From positions 224,001 to 288,000 of the forward strand of contig CAVYSY010000032.1 in the NCBI GenBank assembly GCA_963771175.1: a stretch of 64,000 nucleotides of DNA. Reading direction: 5' to 3'. The notes below the pieces were generated by a model. That model searched no databases, had not been told where the DNA came from, and saw only the letters and a list, made by a program, of their open reading frames with translations. The stretch is from an uncultured delta proteobacterium. GTDB lineage: Bacteria > Myxococcota > Myxococcia > Myxococcales > Myxococcaceae. The first letter of the stretch is position 1; the number at the start of each line of letters is the position of its first letter. Position numbers and translations under genes: made by a program. This document shows positions 52,559-63,198 of this stretch, piece by piece.

Positions 52559-54076
52559 CTACGCCGCGCGACGGGTCTGCTCCTCGGTGGCCTTGACGGG
52601 CGCGGGAGCGGACTCGCTGAACTTCAGGCGACCCTCGAGGAGGCTGGACACGCCGACGTACAGGAAGCCCATCAGGAAGAGCAGGATGAAGGGCACCGAG
52701 GTGTAGATGCGCTTCTCGATGGCGAACCACAGCGCGCCGGTGAAGTAGGCGGCGAAGGAGAGCTCGATGACGGGCAGCAGGGTCTTGCTGCCGCGGTAGC
52801 TCTTCTTGATGGCGGCGACCTTCTTGCCCTCGGCGCCGGTCTTCGGGGTGCGGGTGAAGGCGGACTGCTGACCCAGGAGCGCCTCGAGCACGGCCTTGGC
52901 GTTGCTGATGGCCATACCGATGCCCAGGCTCATGATGAAGGGCAGGTACTTGAAGCGGGCCCAGCCCTTGGCGCCCTGCTCGCGCTGAGCGGCCACGTAG
53001 AAGACGCCGACGCTGGCGGTGGCGGAGATGAAGAAGGGCAGGTCCAGGAAGAGCGTGCCGTAGAGGCCGTGCTGGAAGCGCACCACCATGGACAGCGGCA
53101 TGAGCACGCTGAGCAGCACCATCAACAGGTAGGCCATGTTGTTGGTGAGGTGGAAGAAGGCCTCGCGCTTCACGATGAAGGGCAGGTCGCTCTTGAGAAT
53201 CATCGGCAGCAGCTTGCGCGCCGTCTGGATGGAGCCCTTGGCCCAGCGGTGCTGCTGGCTCTTGAAGGCGTTCATGTCCACCGGCACCTCGGCCGGGGAG
53301 ATGACCTCGGGCAGGAAGATGAACTGCCAGCCCTTCAGCTGGGCGCGGTAGCTCAGGTCCAGGTCCTCGGTGAGCGTGTCGTGCTGCCAGCCGCCCGCGT
53401 CCGCGATGGTGACGCGGCGCCAGATGCCGGCCGTGCCGTTGAAGTTGAAGAAGCAGCCCGAGCGGTTGCGCGCGGTGTGCTCGATGATGAAGTGGCCGTC
53501 GAGGAAGATGCTCTGGGCCTGGGTGAGGATGGAGAACTCGCGGTTGAGGTGGCCCCAGCGCACCTGCACCATGCCCACCTTGGAGTCGGCGAAGAAGGGC
53601 ACCGTGCGCAGCAGGAAGTCCGGGCTGGGCACGAAGTCCGCGTCGAACACCGCCACGAACTCGCCGCTGGCCGTCTTCAGGCCGTTCTCCAGCGCGCCCG
53701 CCTTGAAGCCCTGGCGGTTCTCGCGGTGGATGTAGACGATGTCGTGGCCCTTCTGCTTGTGACGCTCCACGCACGCGCGGGCGATGCCGCACGTCTCGTC
53801 CGTGGAGTCATCCAGCACCTGGATCTCCAGCAGCTCGCGCGGGTAGTCGATGCGGCACACCGACTCCACCAGGCGCTCGACCACGTACATCTCGTTGAAG
53901 ATGGGGAGCTGGATGGTGACCCGCGGCAGCGCCGGCAGCGTCCCCTTGGGCGTGGGCAGCTTGAACTTGTGGCGATAGTACAGATACGCCATGCGGTACC
54001 GGTGCGATCCGTAGACCGCCAGCACGCAAAGGACGCTGAAGTACACGCCCAAGAAGATGATCTCGACGGTGGTCAT
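52559..54076 (-). CDS. Processive GT2 glycosyltransferase (cellulose-synthase-like)
   Basis: LDDS, FKAGAL, FDADF, TEDLD, QQHRW, multiple TMs. Confidence 0.9.
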   Translation of the reverse strand: MTTVEIIFLGVYFSVLCVLAVYGSHRYRMAYLYYRHKFKLPTPKGTLPALPRVTIQLPIFNEMYVVERLVESVCRIDYPRELLEIQVLDDSTDETCGIARACVERHKQKGHDIVYIHRENRQGFKAGALENGLKTASGEFVAVFDADFVPSPDFLLRTVPFFADSKVGMVQVRWGHLNREFSILTQAQSIFLDGHFIIEHTARNRSGCFFNFNGTAGIWRRVTIADAGGWQHDTLTEDLDLSYRAQLKGWQFIFLPEVISPAEVPVDMNAFKSQQHRWAKGSIQTARKLLPMILKSDLPFIVKREAFFHLTNNMAYLLMVLLSVLMPLSMVVRFQHGLYGTLFLDLPFFISATASVGVFYVAAQREQGAKGWARFKYLPFIMSLGIGMAISNAKAVLEALLGQQSAFTRTPKTGAEGKKVAAIKKSYRGSKTLLPVIELSFAAYFTGALWFAIEKRIYTSVPFILLFLMGFLYVGVSSLLEGRLKFSESAPAPVKATEEQTRRAA

Positions 54077-54245
54077 CTGACCTGGCCCCTCCCGCGGGTG
54101 AAGTCGCCGCGGTCCTTACCCTGCTCGGCGGAGATGTAAAGACCCGACCCACGCCGACCGCCGCACCCGGTTCAGCGGAGCCCCCCGCCTCGTATCTACC
54201 CGAAATGACAAGGGTTTGTCTTTTCCGGGGCGTAACGAGCGCCGG

Positions 54246-54274
54246 ACAATAGGGATGCGTCCGGTGGCTGTCAA
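54246..54274 (-). promoter_or_regulatory. Candidate sigma70 promoter of the GT2 gene
   Basis: TTGACA-N17-TATTGT. Confidence 0.55.
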
Positions 54275-54358
54275 ATAGTTACCCGAGCTGTCACGGGGCG
54301 AAAGGGGCCATCTCACGCCTCGCGCACCCTCGCGGACCACCTCCGACGTCGCCCCGCC

Positions 54359-55333
54359 TCAGCTCGCCGCGCGGTGCGGTCCCGAGGGAGCCACGGCGGC
54401 CAGGGGCGCCTCGGTGACCTCCACCTCGTCACGGGTGGCGAGCGAGAGGATGTGCTCCACCAGCGCCGGGAAGTCGAGTCCCTTTTGAGCCGCAATCTTC
54501 GGCAGGAGGCTGACGGGAGTCATGCCCGGGAGGGTGTTCACCTCGAGGATGACGTCGTTGTCGTCCTCGGAGCAGATGAGGTCCACCCGGCCGTAGCCGC
54601 GGCAGCCCAGGGCGCGGTAGGCGGCGAGCGCCAGGGACTCCACGTTGGCCAGGCGCGTGGGGGACAGGCGCGCGGGGAGGAAGTAGCGAGAGCCGCCCTT
54701 GTACTTGGCGTCGTAGTCGAGGCTCTCGCGCGGGGAGACGATCTCGCAGTTGCCGAGCACCTCCTCGCCGAGGATACCCACCGTCACCTCGCGGCCGCGC
54801 ACCATGCGCTCCACGAGGGCCTCGCCGCCGAAGCGGCAGGCCAGGGCCACGGCCGGGACGAGCGCCTCGGGCTCGCGCACCAGGGAGAGGCCCACCGACG
54901 AGCCACCGCACGCGGGCTTCACCACGCAGGGGAAGCCCAGGTCGCCATGGAGCTCCAGCGCGCGGTGAGCGTCCGTGCGGCCCACGCGGTAGCCCTGGGG
55001 CGTGGGGAGGTTGTGCAGGCGGAAGAGCTTCTTGGCCATGGGCTTGTTCATGGCGAGCGCGGAGGCCAGCACGCCCGAGCCCGTGTAGGGCAGCCCCATC
55101 AACTCCAGCAGGCCCTGCACCTTGCCGTCCTCGCCCATGCGACCGTGGAGGGCGAGGAAGGCCACGTCGAGCTCGGCCGAGCGCAGGGCCCGGTCCAACC
55201 CGGGGCCGGCGAAGATGCGGCTCACGGTGTGACCCTGGGACTCCAGGGCCGCCACCACGGCCTCACCGGTCTTCAGCGAAATCTCCCGCTCCTCGCCCCA
55301 ACCGCCCATCAGAACACCCACGCGCTTGCCCAT
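54359..55333 (-). CDS. ddl: D-alanine--D-alanine ligase family
   Basis: GGWGEEREISL, LHGRMGEDG, KPACGGSSVG, DYDAKY, EVNTLPGMT. Confidence 0.92.
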   Translation of the reverse strand: MGKRVGVLMGGWGEEREISLKTGEAVVAALESQGHTVSRIFAGPGLDRALRSAELDVAFLALHGRMGEDGKVQGLLELMGLPYTGSGVLASALAMNKPMAKKLFRLHNLPTPQGYRVGRTDAHRALELHGDLGFPCVVKPACGGSSVGLSLVREPEALVPAVALACRFGGEALVERMVRGREVTVGILGEEVLGNCEIVSPRESLDYDAKYKGGSRYFLPARLSPTRLANVESLALAAYRALGCRGYGRVDLICSEDDNDVILEVNTLPGMTPVSLLPKIAAQKGLDFPALVEHILSLATRDEVEVTEAPLAAVAPSGPHRAAS

Positions 55334-55364
55334 GACTTTGGATTCCTCCTTGTCAGGGGGCTAG

Positions 55365-55381
55365 AGCACGAGGGATGCCAA
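55365..55381 (-). promoter_or_regulatory. Candidate sigma54 -24/-12 promoter of ddl
   Basis: TTGGCATCCCTCGTGCT: GG-N10-GC, 31 nt upstream of the ATG. Confidence 0.55.
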
Positions 55382-55497
55382 CGGTTCGCGCGGTCCGAAG
55401 CCCCGCATTCCGGGCACTTCGAGACGCGGAGCGCACGGACACGTACGGAGCGAGCGTGTCCTGGGGACCACGGCGTGTCCCTCGGGCCACGCTCCCC

Positions 55498-56346
55498 TCA
55501 CCCGAACCATCGGCCCGAGGTGGGAGCGAAGATCCGCAACCGCTCGCGAAGCCGCTCGGGGGCGCGGGCCTGGATGAGGGCGTGCACCTCCTCGGGGTTG
55601 TAGGCCTGGCTGAAGTGCATCAACACCAGGGCCTCGTTCTGGAAGCGGTCCGCCCGCGCGAAGATCTCATCGAGGTGGATGTGCGAGCGCTCCTGCGCGT
55701 CCTGCACCGTGCGCTTCGCGTCGATGAACGTGCACTCGAGAATCAGCACCCGGCTGTCGAGCAGCGTGGGCGCGGACTCCAGCACGTGCGAGAGCGTGTC
55801 GGTGGCATAGGCCAGCTCGAGATGCTCGACCTCGTCGAAGAGGTCCTCGCCCGCCTTGCGCCTGAGAGCAATCTCCTGGGGTGGCAGCCCGTGGTGCTCG
55901 GGCTTGAGCTTCGAGACGCGGCGGAGGAACTGGTAGCAGAGCGAGGGCACCGTGTGGTGCGTGCGGAAGGCGCGCACCCACAGACCGTGCCCGAGGTGAT
56001 GCGCATCGCCCGGGCGCATGGGAATCGTCTCGATCTCCGTCTGGGTCCGGTGCAGCCGACCCTGCACCGTGAGGGCCTCGCGCACGGGCGCTTCGATCTC
56101 CGCGGGCAGGAACACCTGCGGAGGCCCCTTGCCGATGAGCGTGCGGATGCCGAGCAGCGAGCCGAGCGCGCTGGCGTGGTCGGAGTGACCGTGGCTCAGG
56201 AAGATGCGATCCGTCCCGGCGAAGGAGCGGATGGGCACGCCCACGTCGAACACCACGCCGAGCTCCGGCACCTGCAGCGACGTGTACACGCCGCCGACCG
56301 AAATACCTCGAACCGTATAGGGCCCCGCGCTGACCTCGGTGAGCAT
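55498..56346 (-). CDS. MBL-fold hydrolase, RNase Z-like
   Basis: SHGHSDH, YATDT, ECTF, HIH, MHFS. Confidence 0.8.
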   Translation of the reverse strand: MLTEVSAGPYTVRGISVGGVYTSLQVPELGVVFDVGVPIRSFAGTDRIFLSHGHSDHASALGSLLGIRTLIGKGPPQVFLPAEIEAPVREALTVQGRLHRTQTEIETIPMRPGDAHHLGHGLWVRAFRTHHTVPSLCYQFLRRVSKLKPEHHGLPPQEIALRRKAGEDLFDEVEHLELAYATDTLSHVLESAPTLLDSRVLILECTFIDAKRTVQDAQERSHIHLDEIFARADRFQNEALVLMHFSQAYNPEEVHALIQARAPERLRERLRIFAPTSGRWFG

Positions 56347-56536
56347 CCCGAGAGGCTAACGGATCGGGACGAGCTGTCACGCCCCTCGCGACGCATCTGA
56401 CAGCTTGTCGCGCGCCTGGCATGGAGCACAGGCTGGAGGACCCACGTCTTCCCTCTGAAGCGGCTTCTGGCGCGGCCGTTGGTCCCGACCTTGCTCTGGG
56501 AACCGGTCATCCACGCCCACGCTCCGGAGGCCACCG

Positions 56537-57421
56537 ATGTCCACCCTGGTCCGTCCCTCGTTCCAAGCGCTCACCCTGTCCTTCATCGCCTGCACGTGCC
56601 TGCTCGCCGCGCGGGCCGTGAACACGGTAGTGGACGCCCGGCTCCAGCCACTGCCCTCCTTCCATGAAGTGGTGTCGAGGAAGGCGCTCGCCCCCAAGGA
56701 GGAACTGCCCACCCCGCTCGCCCTGGCCCCACTCGCTCGGTACCTCGGACTGCCGGACAAGTTGCGCGAGGAGGTCATCCCCTCGGAGCCCACGGATGAG
56801 GCCCAGCCGACCGCGCTGGACCTGAAGCTCTTGGGCACGATGCTATCGGCCCGGCCCGAGGCCTCCATGGCCTCGGTGTACGAGGGCGCCACGCGCCGCA
56901 CGCGCTCGGTGTGGATGGGCGAAGAGCTCCAAGGTGCCCAGGTGGTCGCCATCGAGCGCACGCGGGTGCTGCTGTTGAGCTCGGGGAGGCTGGAGTACAT
57001 CGGCCCCGGGTCGACCACGGCCACCGGCGGCAAGGAGCCGCGAGCCTCCACGCCAGCGGAGTCGACCTCGCCCCCCGGCATCTCCGTCCAGCAGGTGGGC
57101 CCGGGGAGCTATGAGATCTCGCGCCAGGACTTGAACACGGTGCTCGCCAATCCCAACCAGCTCCTCATGATGGCGCGAGTCATCCCCGCCATCCGGAACG
57201 GTGCGGCGCAGGGCTTCAAGCTGTTCTCCATCCGGCCCGGCTCCCTCTACGAGCGGATCGGCCTCCAGAATGGGGACATCATGCAGCGCATCAACGGGCT
57301 CTCGCTCGACAGCGTGGAGCAGGGCCTCTACGCCTTCCAGAAGCTGCGCGAATCCCCGCGCATCGAGCTGGAGGTGGAGCGCAATGGACAGCCCGTGCGC
57401 CTGACGTACTCGATGCGGTAG
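56537..57421 (+). CDS. GspC-like protein with PDZ domain
   Basis: N-terminal TM, LKLLGT, GFKLFSIRPGSLY..IGLQNGDI..RING. Confidence 0.8.
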   Translation: MSTLVRPSFQALTLSFIACTCLLAARAVNTVVDARLQPLPSFHEVVSRKALAPKEELPTPLALAPLARYLGLPDKLREEVIPSEPTDEAQPTALDLKLLGTMLSARPEASMASVYEGATRRTRSVWMGEELQGAQVVAIERTRVLLLSSGRLEYIGPGSTTATGGKEPRASTPAESTSPPGISVQQVGPGSYEISRQDLNTVLANPNQLLMMARVIPAIRNGAAQGFKLFSIRPGSLYERIGLQNGDIMQRINGLSLDSVEQGLYAFQKLRESPRIELEVERNGQPVRLTYSMR

Positions 57422-57433
57422 CGCGGCTCCCCG

Positions 57434-58361
57434 TCAGGAGCGCTTCGCCTCGGGCTTGAGTCCGGGCCACACGGAGCGGAGCGTGCCCGCGAGCGCCCGG
57501 AGCGCATCGGCCCGTGGATAGCCCGGGCGCCACACCAGAGCGATGGTCCGACTCGGCGCCGGAGCCGCGAAGGGCCGCACCACGAGCTGGCCCTGCCGGT
57601 TCTCCGTGGGTACCGAGAGCGAGGGAAGCAGCGTGATGGCGCCCTCGCCCGACATCACCATCTGCGCCAGGGTGGTGAGGCTGGTCGCGCGGAAGTCCAC
57701 CTCGCGCGCGCCGATCCGCGTGCACAGGGAGAGCGCCTGTCCCCGGAAGCAGTGGCCATCCTCCAGCAGGAGCACGTTCTCCTCGTCGAGATCCTGGAGC
57801 CGCACCTGCTTCTGCTTCGCCACGGAGTGTCCCGGTGGCGCCGCGACGACGAAGGGATCCTCCGCGATGACGGCGTGCTCCACCTCCCCGAGCTCGGGCA
57901 CGAGCGCCAGCAGCGCCGCATCCAACCGCCCCTCGTCCAGGGCGCGCACGAGCAGCTCCGTCTTCTCCTCACGCAGCCGCAGCCGCAGCCGGGGATACTG
58001 CTTCACCAGGGCGGGCACGACCTCGGGCAGCACGTAGGGCGCGACGGTGGGGATGACCCCGAGCTGCAGGTTTCCCGCGAAGGGATCGGACAGGCGGGAC
58101 GCCGCGGACAGGATGTCACCGGCCTCGGTGAGCACCCGGCGCGCCCGCGCCACCAGCTCCTCGCCGGCCGCGGTCAGCATCACCCGGCGCGTCCCGCTCG
58201 AAGAGCTTCACCCCGAGCACCTCCTCGAGCTGCTGAATCTGTGCACTCAGGGCGGGCTGGGAGACGTGGCAACGCTCGGCCGCCCGGCGGAAGCCAAGCA
58301 CGTCGGCCACGGCGACCACGTACTCGAGCTGTCGGAGGGAGATGTCGTTGAGGGAGGGCAT
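57434..58361 (-). CDS. oxyR: OxyR-type LysR regulator; frameshift near 58190
   Basis: [43 protein letters not shown]; divergent from catalase. Confidence 0.9.
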
Positions 58362-58378
58362 GGGACCTCTGGAGACCG

Positions 58379-58415
58379 ATAGGAGCAACCTATCAATCCC
58401 ATCGAAACGATGTCT
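58379..58415. promoter_or_regulatory. OxyR-binding site
   Basis: ATAG-N7-CTAT-N7-ATCG between oxyR and catalase. Confidence 0.7.
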
Positions 58416-58494
58416 TGGACGAAGCTCAGCGCGGACTCTCTCACTCTTTCGCGACGTCACGAACGCATCCACGTCACTCGCAGGAGAAAACCGC

Positions 58495-59984
58495 GTGTCC
58501 AATCGCCCCCAGCCTGACCACCGAATCCGGCGCACCCGTCGCCGACAACCAGAACTCGCAGACCGCCGGCGCCGCGCGGCCCGGTCCTGCTCCAGGACCA
58601 GCACCTGCTCGAGAAGCTCGCGCGCTTCAACCGCGAGCGGATCCCCGAGCGCGTCGTGCACGCGGTCGGCTCGGGCGCCTACGGCCACTTCGAGGTCACG
58701 AACCCCGACGTCGCCGCGCTGGACGCGGATGCGGATGTTCGAGCGAGGTGGGCAAGCGCACGCCGGTCTTCGTCGCGCTTCTCGACCGTCGCCGGCTCGC
58801 GGGGCGCGCCCGACACCGTGCGCGACCCGCGCGGCTTCGCGCTCAAGTTCTACACCGAGGACGGCAACTGGGATCTCGTCGGGCAACAACACGCCGATCT
58901 TCTTCATCCGCGACGGCATCAAGTTCCCGGACTTCATCCACTCGCAGAAGCACGACCCGTACACCAACGAGCAGGAGCCCGACAACGTCTGGGACTTCTT
59001 CTCGCACTCGCCCGGAGGCGACGCACCAGTTCACCTGGCTCTTCGGCGACCGCGGCATCCCGGCGACGCTGCGCCACATGGACGGCTTCGGCTCGCACAC
59101 CTTCCAGTGGGTGAACGCCGCGGGCGAGCGCTTCTGGGTGAAGTTCCACTTCAAGACCGACCAGGGCATCCGCTGCCTCACGAGCGAGGAGGCCGCGCGC
59201 GATCGGCGGCGAGGACCCGCAGCACCACCAGCACGGATCTGCGTACGACGCGATCGAGCGCGGCGAGTTCCCGTCGTGGACGCTCAAGGTGCAGGTGATG
59301 CCCGAGGCCGATGCGGCGACGCTACCGCTTCAACCCCTTCGACCTCACCAAGGTCTGGCTCTACAAGGACTACCCGCTGATCGAGGTGGGCAAGCTGGTG
59401 CTCGACCGCAACGCCCGACAACTACTTCGCCGAGGTCGAGCAGGCGGCGTTCGATCCGGGCCACTTCGTGCCCGGCATCGGCCCCTCGCCCGACCGGATG
59501 CTCCAGGCGCGCCTCTTCGCGTACGGCGACGCGCACCGCTACCGGCTCGGCGTCAACCACACGCAGCTGCCGGTCAACGCGCCGCAAGGGCGTGCCGGGC
59601 GGCGCGCGCAACTACGGCCGCGACGGCGCGATGCGCTTCGACGCGCAACGGCGGGCGCGCGAAGAACTACGAGCCCAACAGCTTCGACGGCCCGCGTGCA
59701 GACCGGCGAGCCGCTCTACGCCGGGCTCGCCGTCAGCGGCGGCTCGGGCAGCTACGCCGCCGGTGCGGCACGCCGAGGACGACGACTTCGTGCAGGCCGG
59801 CGCGCTCTACCGCGTGATGAGCGAGGACGAGCGCGAGCGGCTGGTCGACAACATCGCCGGCAGCCTCGCGCAGGTGACCCGCGAGGACATCATCACGCGC
59901 AGCATCGCCCACTTCCGCAACGCCGACCCGGAGTACGGCGCGCGCATCGCCACGGCCGTCCACAAGCTGCGCCACTCGCGCTGA
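58495..59984 (+). CDS. katA: Monofunctional small-subunit heme catalase; many frameshifts
   Basis: [55 protein letters not shown]. Confidence 0.92.
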
Positions 59985-60021
59985 ACATCCCGCCCCACGC
60001 CCCTCCGCCGAGGACTTCCCC

Positions 60022-60568
60022 ATGAAGGCACGGACCCCTGATTCGCAGACGATGGTGACAGACAACGACGTGGTCGCCCTGGCGCGGACGGCGTTCCAGC
60101 ACGCGAGGGCCGGGGAGACGGCCCGCCTGAAGTGGCTCCTCGACGCGGGGCTGCCCGCCAACCTCGCCAACGAGAAGGGTGACACGCTGCTGATGCTCGC
60201 CAGCTACCTCGGTCAGCGAGGACACCACACGCCTCCTGCTGGAGCACGGAGCCGACCCGGAGCGCCTCAACGACCGGGGCCAGACGCCGCTGGCCGGGGC
60301 CGCCTTCAAGGGGAACGTCACCATCGCCCGGCTCCTGCTCGACCACGGCGCCCGCGTCGACGGCGCGGGGCCGGACGGCAAGACGGCCCTCATGTTCGCG
60401 GCGATGTTCGACCGGCTGGAGCTGCTGGAGCTGCTGCTCACTCGCGGCGCGGCGCCGGAGCAGAAGGATGCCGACGGACGCACGGCACTCGACTACGCCC
60501 GCGCCATGGGGGCCCGACACACCACGGAACGGCTCGCGGAGCTGCGACGGACGCGCGAGCAGCAGTGA
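60022..60568 (+). CDS. Ankyrin-repeat protein (AnkB-like catalase partner); frameshifted
   Basis: [40 protein letters not shown]. Confidence 0.85.
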
Positions 60569-60635
60569 CCTGACAAAGCATCGCCCCGGTCGCCGCGCTC
60601 TTTGCACAGTGGCCGGACAGTCGCTGGAACCCGGC

Positions 60636-60664
60636 TTGACAAAAAATAGCCTCACGCGCACCTT
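60636..60664 (+). promoter_or_regulatory. Candidate sigma70 promoter of the thrS leader
   Basis: TTGACA-N17-CACCTT; predicted +1 falls at about the leader GTG (60672). Confidence 0.5.
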
Positions 60665-60671
60665 GCGCTGC

Positions 60672-60755
60672 GTGAGCTTCTTCAGCGCCATCACGACCAC
60701 GACCACCACCGCCACCCAATCGGCGGGAGTGGGACTCGTGCGTGAAGTGAGCTGA
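60672..60755 (+). CDS. Thr-rich leader peptide, 27 aa ([27 protein letters not shown])
   Basis: Six consecutive Thr codons plus one more, 98 nt upstream of thrS. Confidence 0.8.
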   Translation: MSFFSAITTTTTTATQSAGVGLVREVS

Positions 60756-60847
60756 CGAACGCACGGTTCCCTGCCCCGCCTTCACCGGCCGGGGCGTCCG
60801 TGCAAGCGCTCAGTGCTCCGACCGGAAGGCTTTTTCCCGACTCGGAG
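60722..60847 (+). promoter_or_regulatory. Alternative hairpins of a putative thrS attenuator
   Basis: CGTGCGT (60737-43) pairs with ACGCACG (60759-65), competing with GCACGG/CCGTGC (60761-803); CTCCGA/TCGGAG (60816-47) covers the GGAG RBS. Confidence 0.6.
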
Positions 60848-60853
60848 TCCACA

Positions 60854-62061
60854 ATGTTCGACGAACACGATCACCGTTTCCTGGGCCAGCGCCTGGACCT
60901 CTTCCACCTGCAGGAGGAGGCGCCCGGCATGGTCTTCTGGCACCCACGCGGCCTACCTGCTCTACCGGCTCATCGAGGACCGCGTCCGGCAGCAGATGCA
61001 ACGCGATGGCTACCAAGAGGTGCGGACGCCTCAGGTGCTCGCCCAGCCCCTCTGGGAGCGCAGCGGCCACTGGGAGAACTTCCGCGAGAACATGTTCCTG
61101 CTCGCCGACGAGGGCGGGCGGCACCTGGCGGTGAAGCCGGTGAGTTGCCCCGGCCACATCCAGCTCGTCGCAACGCATGGCCCCCAGCTACCGCGACCTG
61201 CCCCTGCAGCTGGGCGAGTTCGGGCTCGTGCACCGCAACGAGCCCAGCGGCTCGCTCCACGGCCTGTTCCGCCTGCGCCAGTTCACGCAGGACGACGGCC
61301 ACGTCTTCTGTGCCGAGGAACAGGTGCGCGAGGAGGTCGCCCGCTTCTGTCGCTCGCTCCACGGCTTCTACGCCGATTTCGGCTTCGAGCACGTGGAGGT
61401 GGCCTTCTCCAGCCGTCCCGCCCAGCGCGCCGGAAGCGACGAGATGTGGGACCTCGCCGAGTCGGCTCTGCTCGAGGCCGCGAGCAAAGCGGGGCTCGCG
61501 TGCGTCATGCAGCCCGGCCAGGGCGCCTTCTACGCGCCCAAGCTGGAGTTCGTGCTGAAGGACCGGCTCGGTCGGAGCTGGCAGTGCGGGACGATTCAAC
61601 TCGACCTGGTGCTGCCGGAGCGCTTCGACATCCACTACGTCGACGCCTCGGGGCAGAAGCGCCGGCCGATGATGCTCCACCGAGCGATCCTCGGGAGCCT
61701 GGAGCGCTTCCTGGGCATCCTGCTCGAGCACCACGGGGGCGCGCTGCCCGCGTGGCTCGCGCCGGAGCAGGTGGTGGTGGCGCCGGTGGGTGAGGCGGCG
61801 GCCAGCTACGCCGAGCGTTTCGCCGCGAAGCTGCGCGAGGTGGGCTGCCGGGTGAGCCTGGATGCCCGGGGCGAGTCGCTCTCTCGGAAGATCGTCGACT
61901 CACACCAGGCCGGCGTGCCGTGGCTCGTGGTGGTGGGCAACCGCGAGGTGGAGAAGCACGCCGTGCGGCTGCGGCGGAGGGACGGGGAGCAGCGCGACCT
62001 GCCGTGGGACGAGGCGGTGGCGGCGCTCGTCGCCGAGTGCCGGCCCGCGGGCTCCGCGTGA
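60854..62061 (+). CDS. thrS: Short threonyl-tRNA synthetase lacking TGS and editing domains; frameshifts near 60950 and 61170
   Basis: Begins [68 protein letters not shown]. Confidence 0.9.
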
Positions 62062-62066
62062 GTAAA

Positions 62067-62098
62067 GGGGGCGGTGGCCCCACGAGGTCACCGCCCCC
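62067..62098. terminator. 13-bp stem hairpin after thrS
   Basis: GGGGGCGGTGGCC-ccacga-GGTCACCGCCCCC. Confidence 0.55.
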
Positions 62099-62163
62099 GT
62101 CCTGATGGCCCGTGCACTCGGCTCTGGAGCCGCGAGAACCGGGTGTGGTTGGCTGCTCCGCCT

Positions 62164-63114
62164 ATGGCTGAGCGCGTGAGCAAGATCGCAATCGTCGGAG
62201 CGGGAGCAGTGGGGGCCACCATCGCCTATGCCTCCATGATCCGGGGGGTGGCCAAGCAGCTCGCCATCTACGACGTCAACCGGGCCAAGGTGGACGCGGA
62301 AGTGCTGGACCTGAACCACGGGCTGCAGTTCGTGCCCATGGCCACGCTGGAGGGCTCGGATGACATCGGCGTGTGCGCGGGAGCAGACGTGGTGGTCATC
62401 ACCGCGGGGGCCAAGCAGAAGCCGGGGCAGACGCGGATGGAGCTGGCGGGAGCGAACGTGGAGCTGTGCCGCACGCTCGTGCCGCAACTGCTGAAGGTGG
62501 CTCCCAATGCGCTGCTGCTGGTGGTGACCAACCCCGTGGACGTGCTGACGTACGTGGTGCAGAAGTTGAGTGGACTGCCGTCGCGGCGGGTGTTCGGCAG
62601 CGGGACAGTGCTGGACTCCTCGCGCTTCCGCTTCCTGCTGGCGCACCACCTGGACGTGGCGGTGCAGAACGTCCACGCCTTCATCGTGGGCGAGCATGGT
62701 GACTCGGAGCTTCCGCTGTGGAGCTCGGCGACGGTGGGCGGGGTGCCGCTGCTGCAGTGGGAGGTGCCGGGGCGCGCGAAGCTGACGGAGGAGGACCGCA
62801 CCCACATCTTCGATGACGTGCGCAACGCCGCCTACCACATCATCCGAGGCAAGGGCGCCACCAACTACGCCATCGGTCTGGCCACGGCACAGATTCTCGA
62901 GTCGGTGCTGCACGACGAGCAGCGGGTGCTGCCCGTGAGCTCCCGGCTGGAAGGCTACCTGGGCATCAGCGACGTGTGCATGAGCGTGCCGAGCATCGTC
63001 AACCGCACGGGAGTGGAGTCGGTGCTGGAGCTGCCCATGAACGAATCGGAGCGCGCGGGCCTGCGGCGGAGCGCGGACACCATCCGCCAGGCCATCCGCA
63101 CGCTGGGGTTCTGA
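62164..63114 (+). CDS. ldh: L-lactate dehydrogenase
   Basis: GAGAVG, AGAKQKPGQTR, TNPVD, LDSSR, GEHGDS, KGATNYAIG. Confidence 0.92.
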   Translation: MAERVSKIAIVGAGAVGATIAYASMIRGVAKQLAIYDVNRAKVDAEVLDLNHGLQFVPMATLEGSDDIGVCAGADVVVITAGAKQKPGQTRMELAGANVELCRTLVPQLLKVAPNALLLVVTNPVDVLTYVVQKLSGLPSRRVFGSGTVLDSSRFRFLLAHHLDVAVQNVHAFIVGEHGDSELPLWSSATVGGVPLLQWEVPGRAKLTEEDRTHIFDDVRNAAYHIIRGKGATNYAIGLATAQILESVLHDEQRVLPVSSRLEGYLGISDVCMSVPSIVNRTGVESVLELPMNESERAGLRRSADTIRQAIRTLGF

Positions 63115-63198
63115 GTCCTGAACAGGCTCCGCGGGCTTGCACCAAGGACCCGGGCGAGAGAAGGTCACCGCGGGCTCCCCTCCAGGAGGAATCTCCTC

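Noticed and set aside
56417..56433. sigma54 site upstream of the GspC-like gene
   Set aside because: TGGCA is present but the -12 position reads AG rather than GC
60672..60850. T-box riboswitch upstream of thrS
   Set aside because: No T-box consensus or stem I recognised; the Thr-codon uORF explains the region better
58495..62061. katA, the ankyrin gene and thrS as pseudogenes or programmed frameshifts
   Set aside because: Many scattered indels with catalytic motifs intact and no slippery-site pattern; sequencing error is more likely
57434..62061. Functional link between the peroxide locus and the editing-less ThrRS
   Set aside because: thrS has its own candidate promoter and Thr leader; adjacency alone is insufficient
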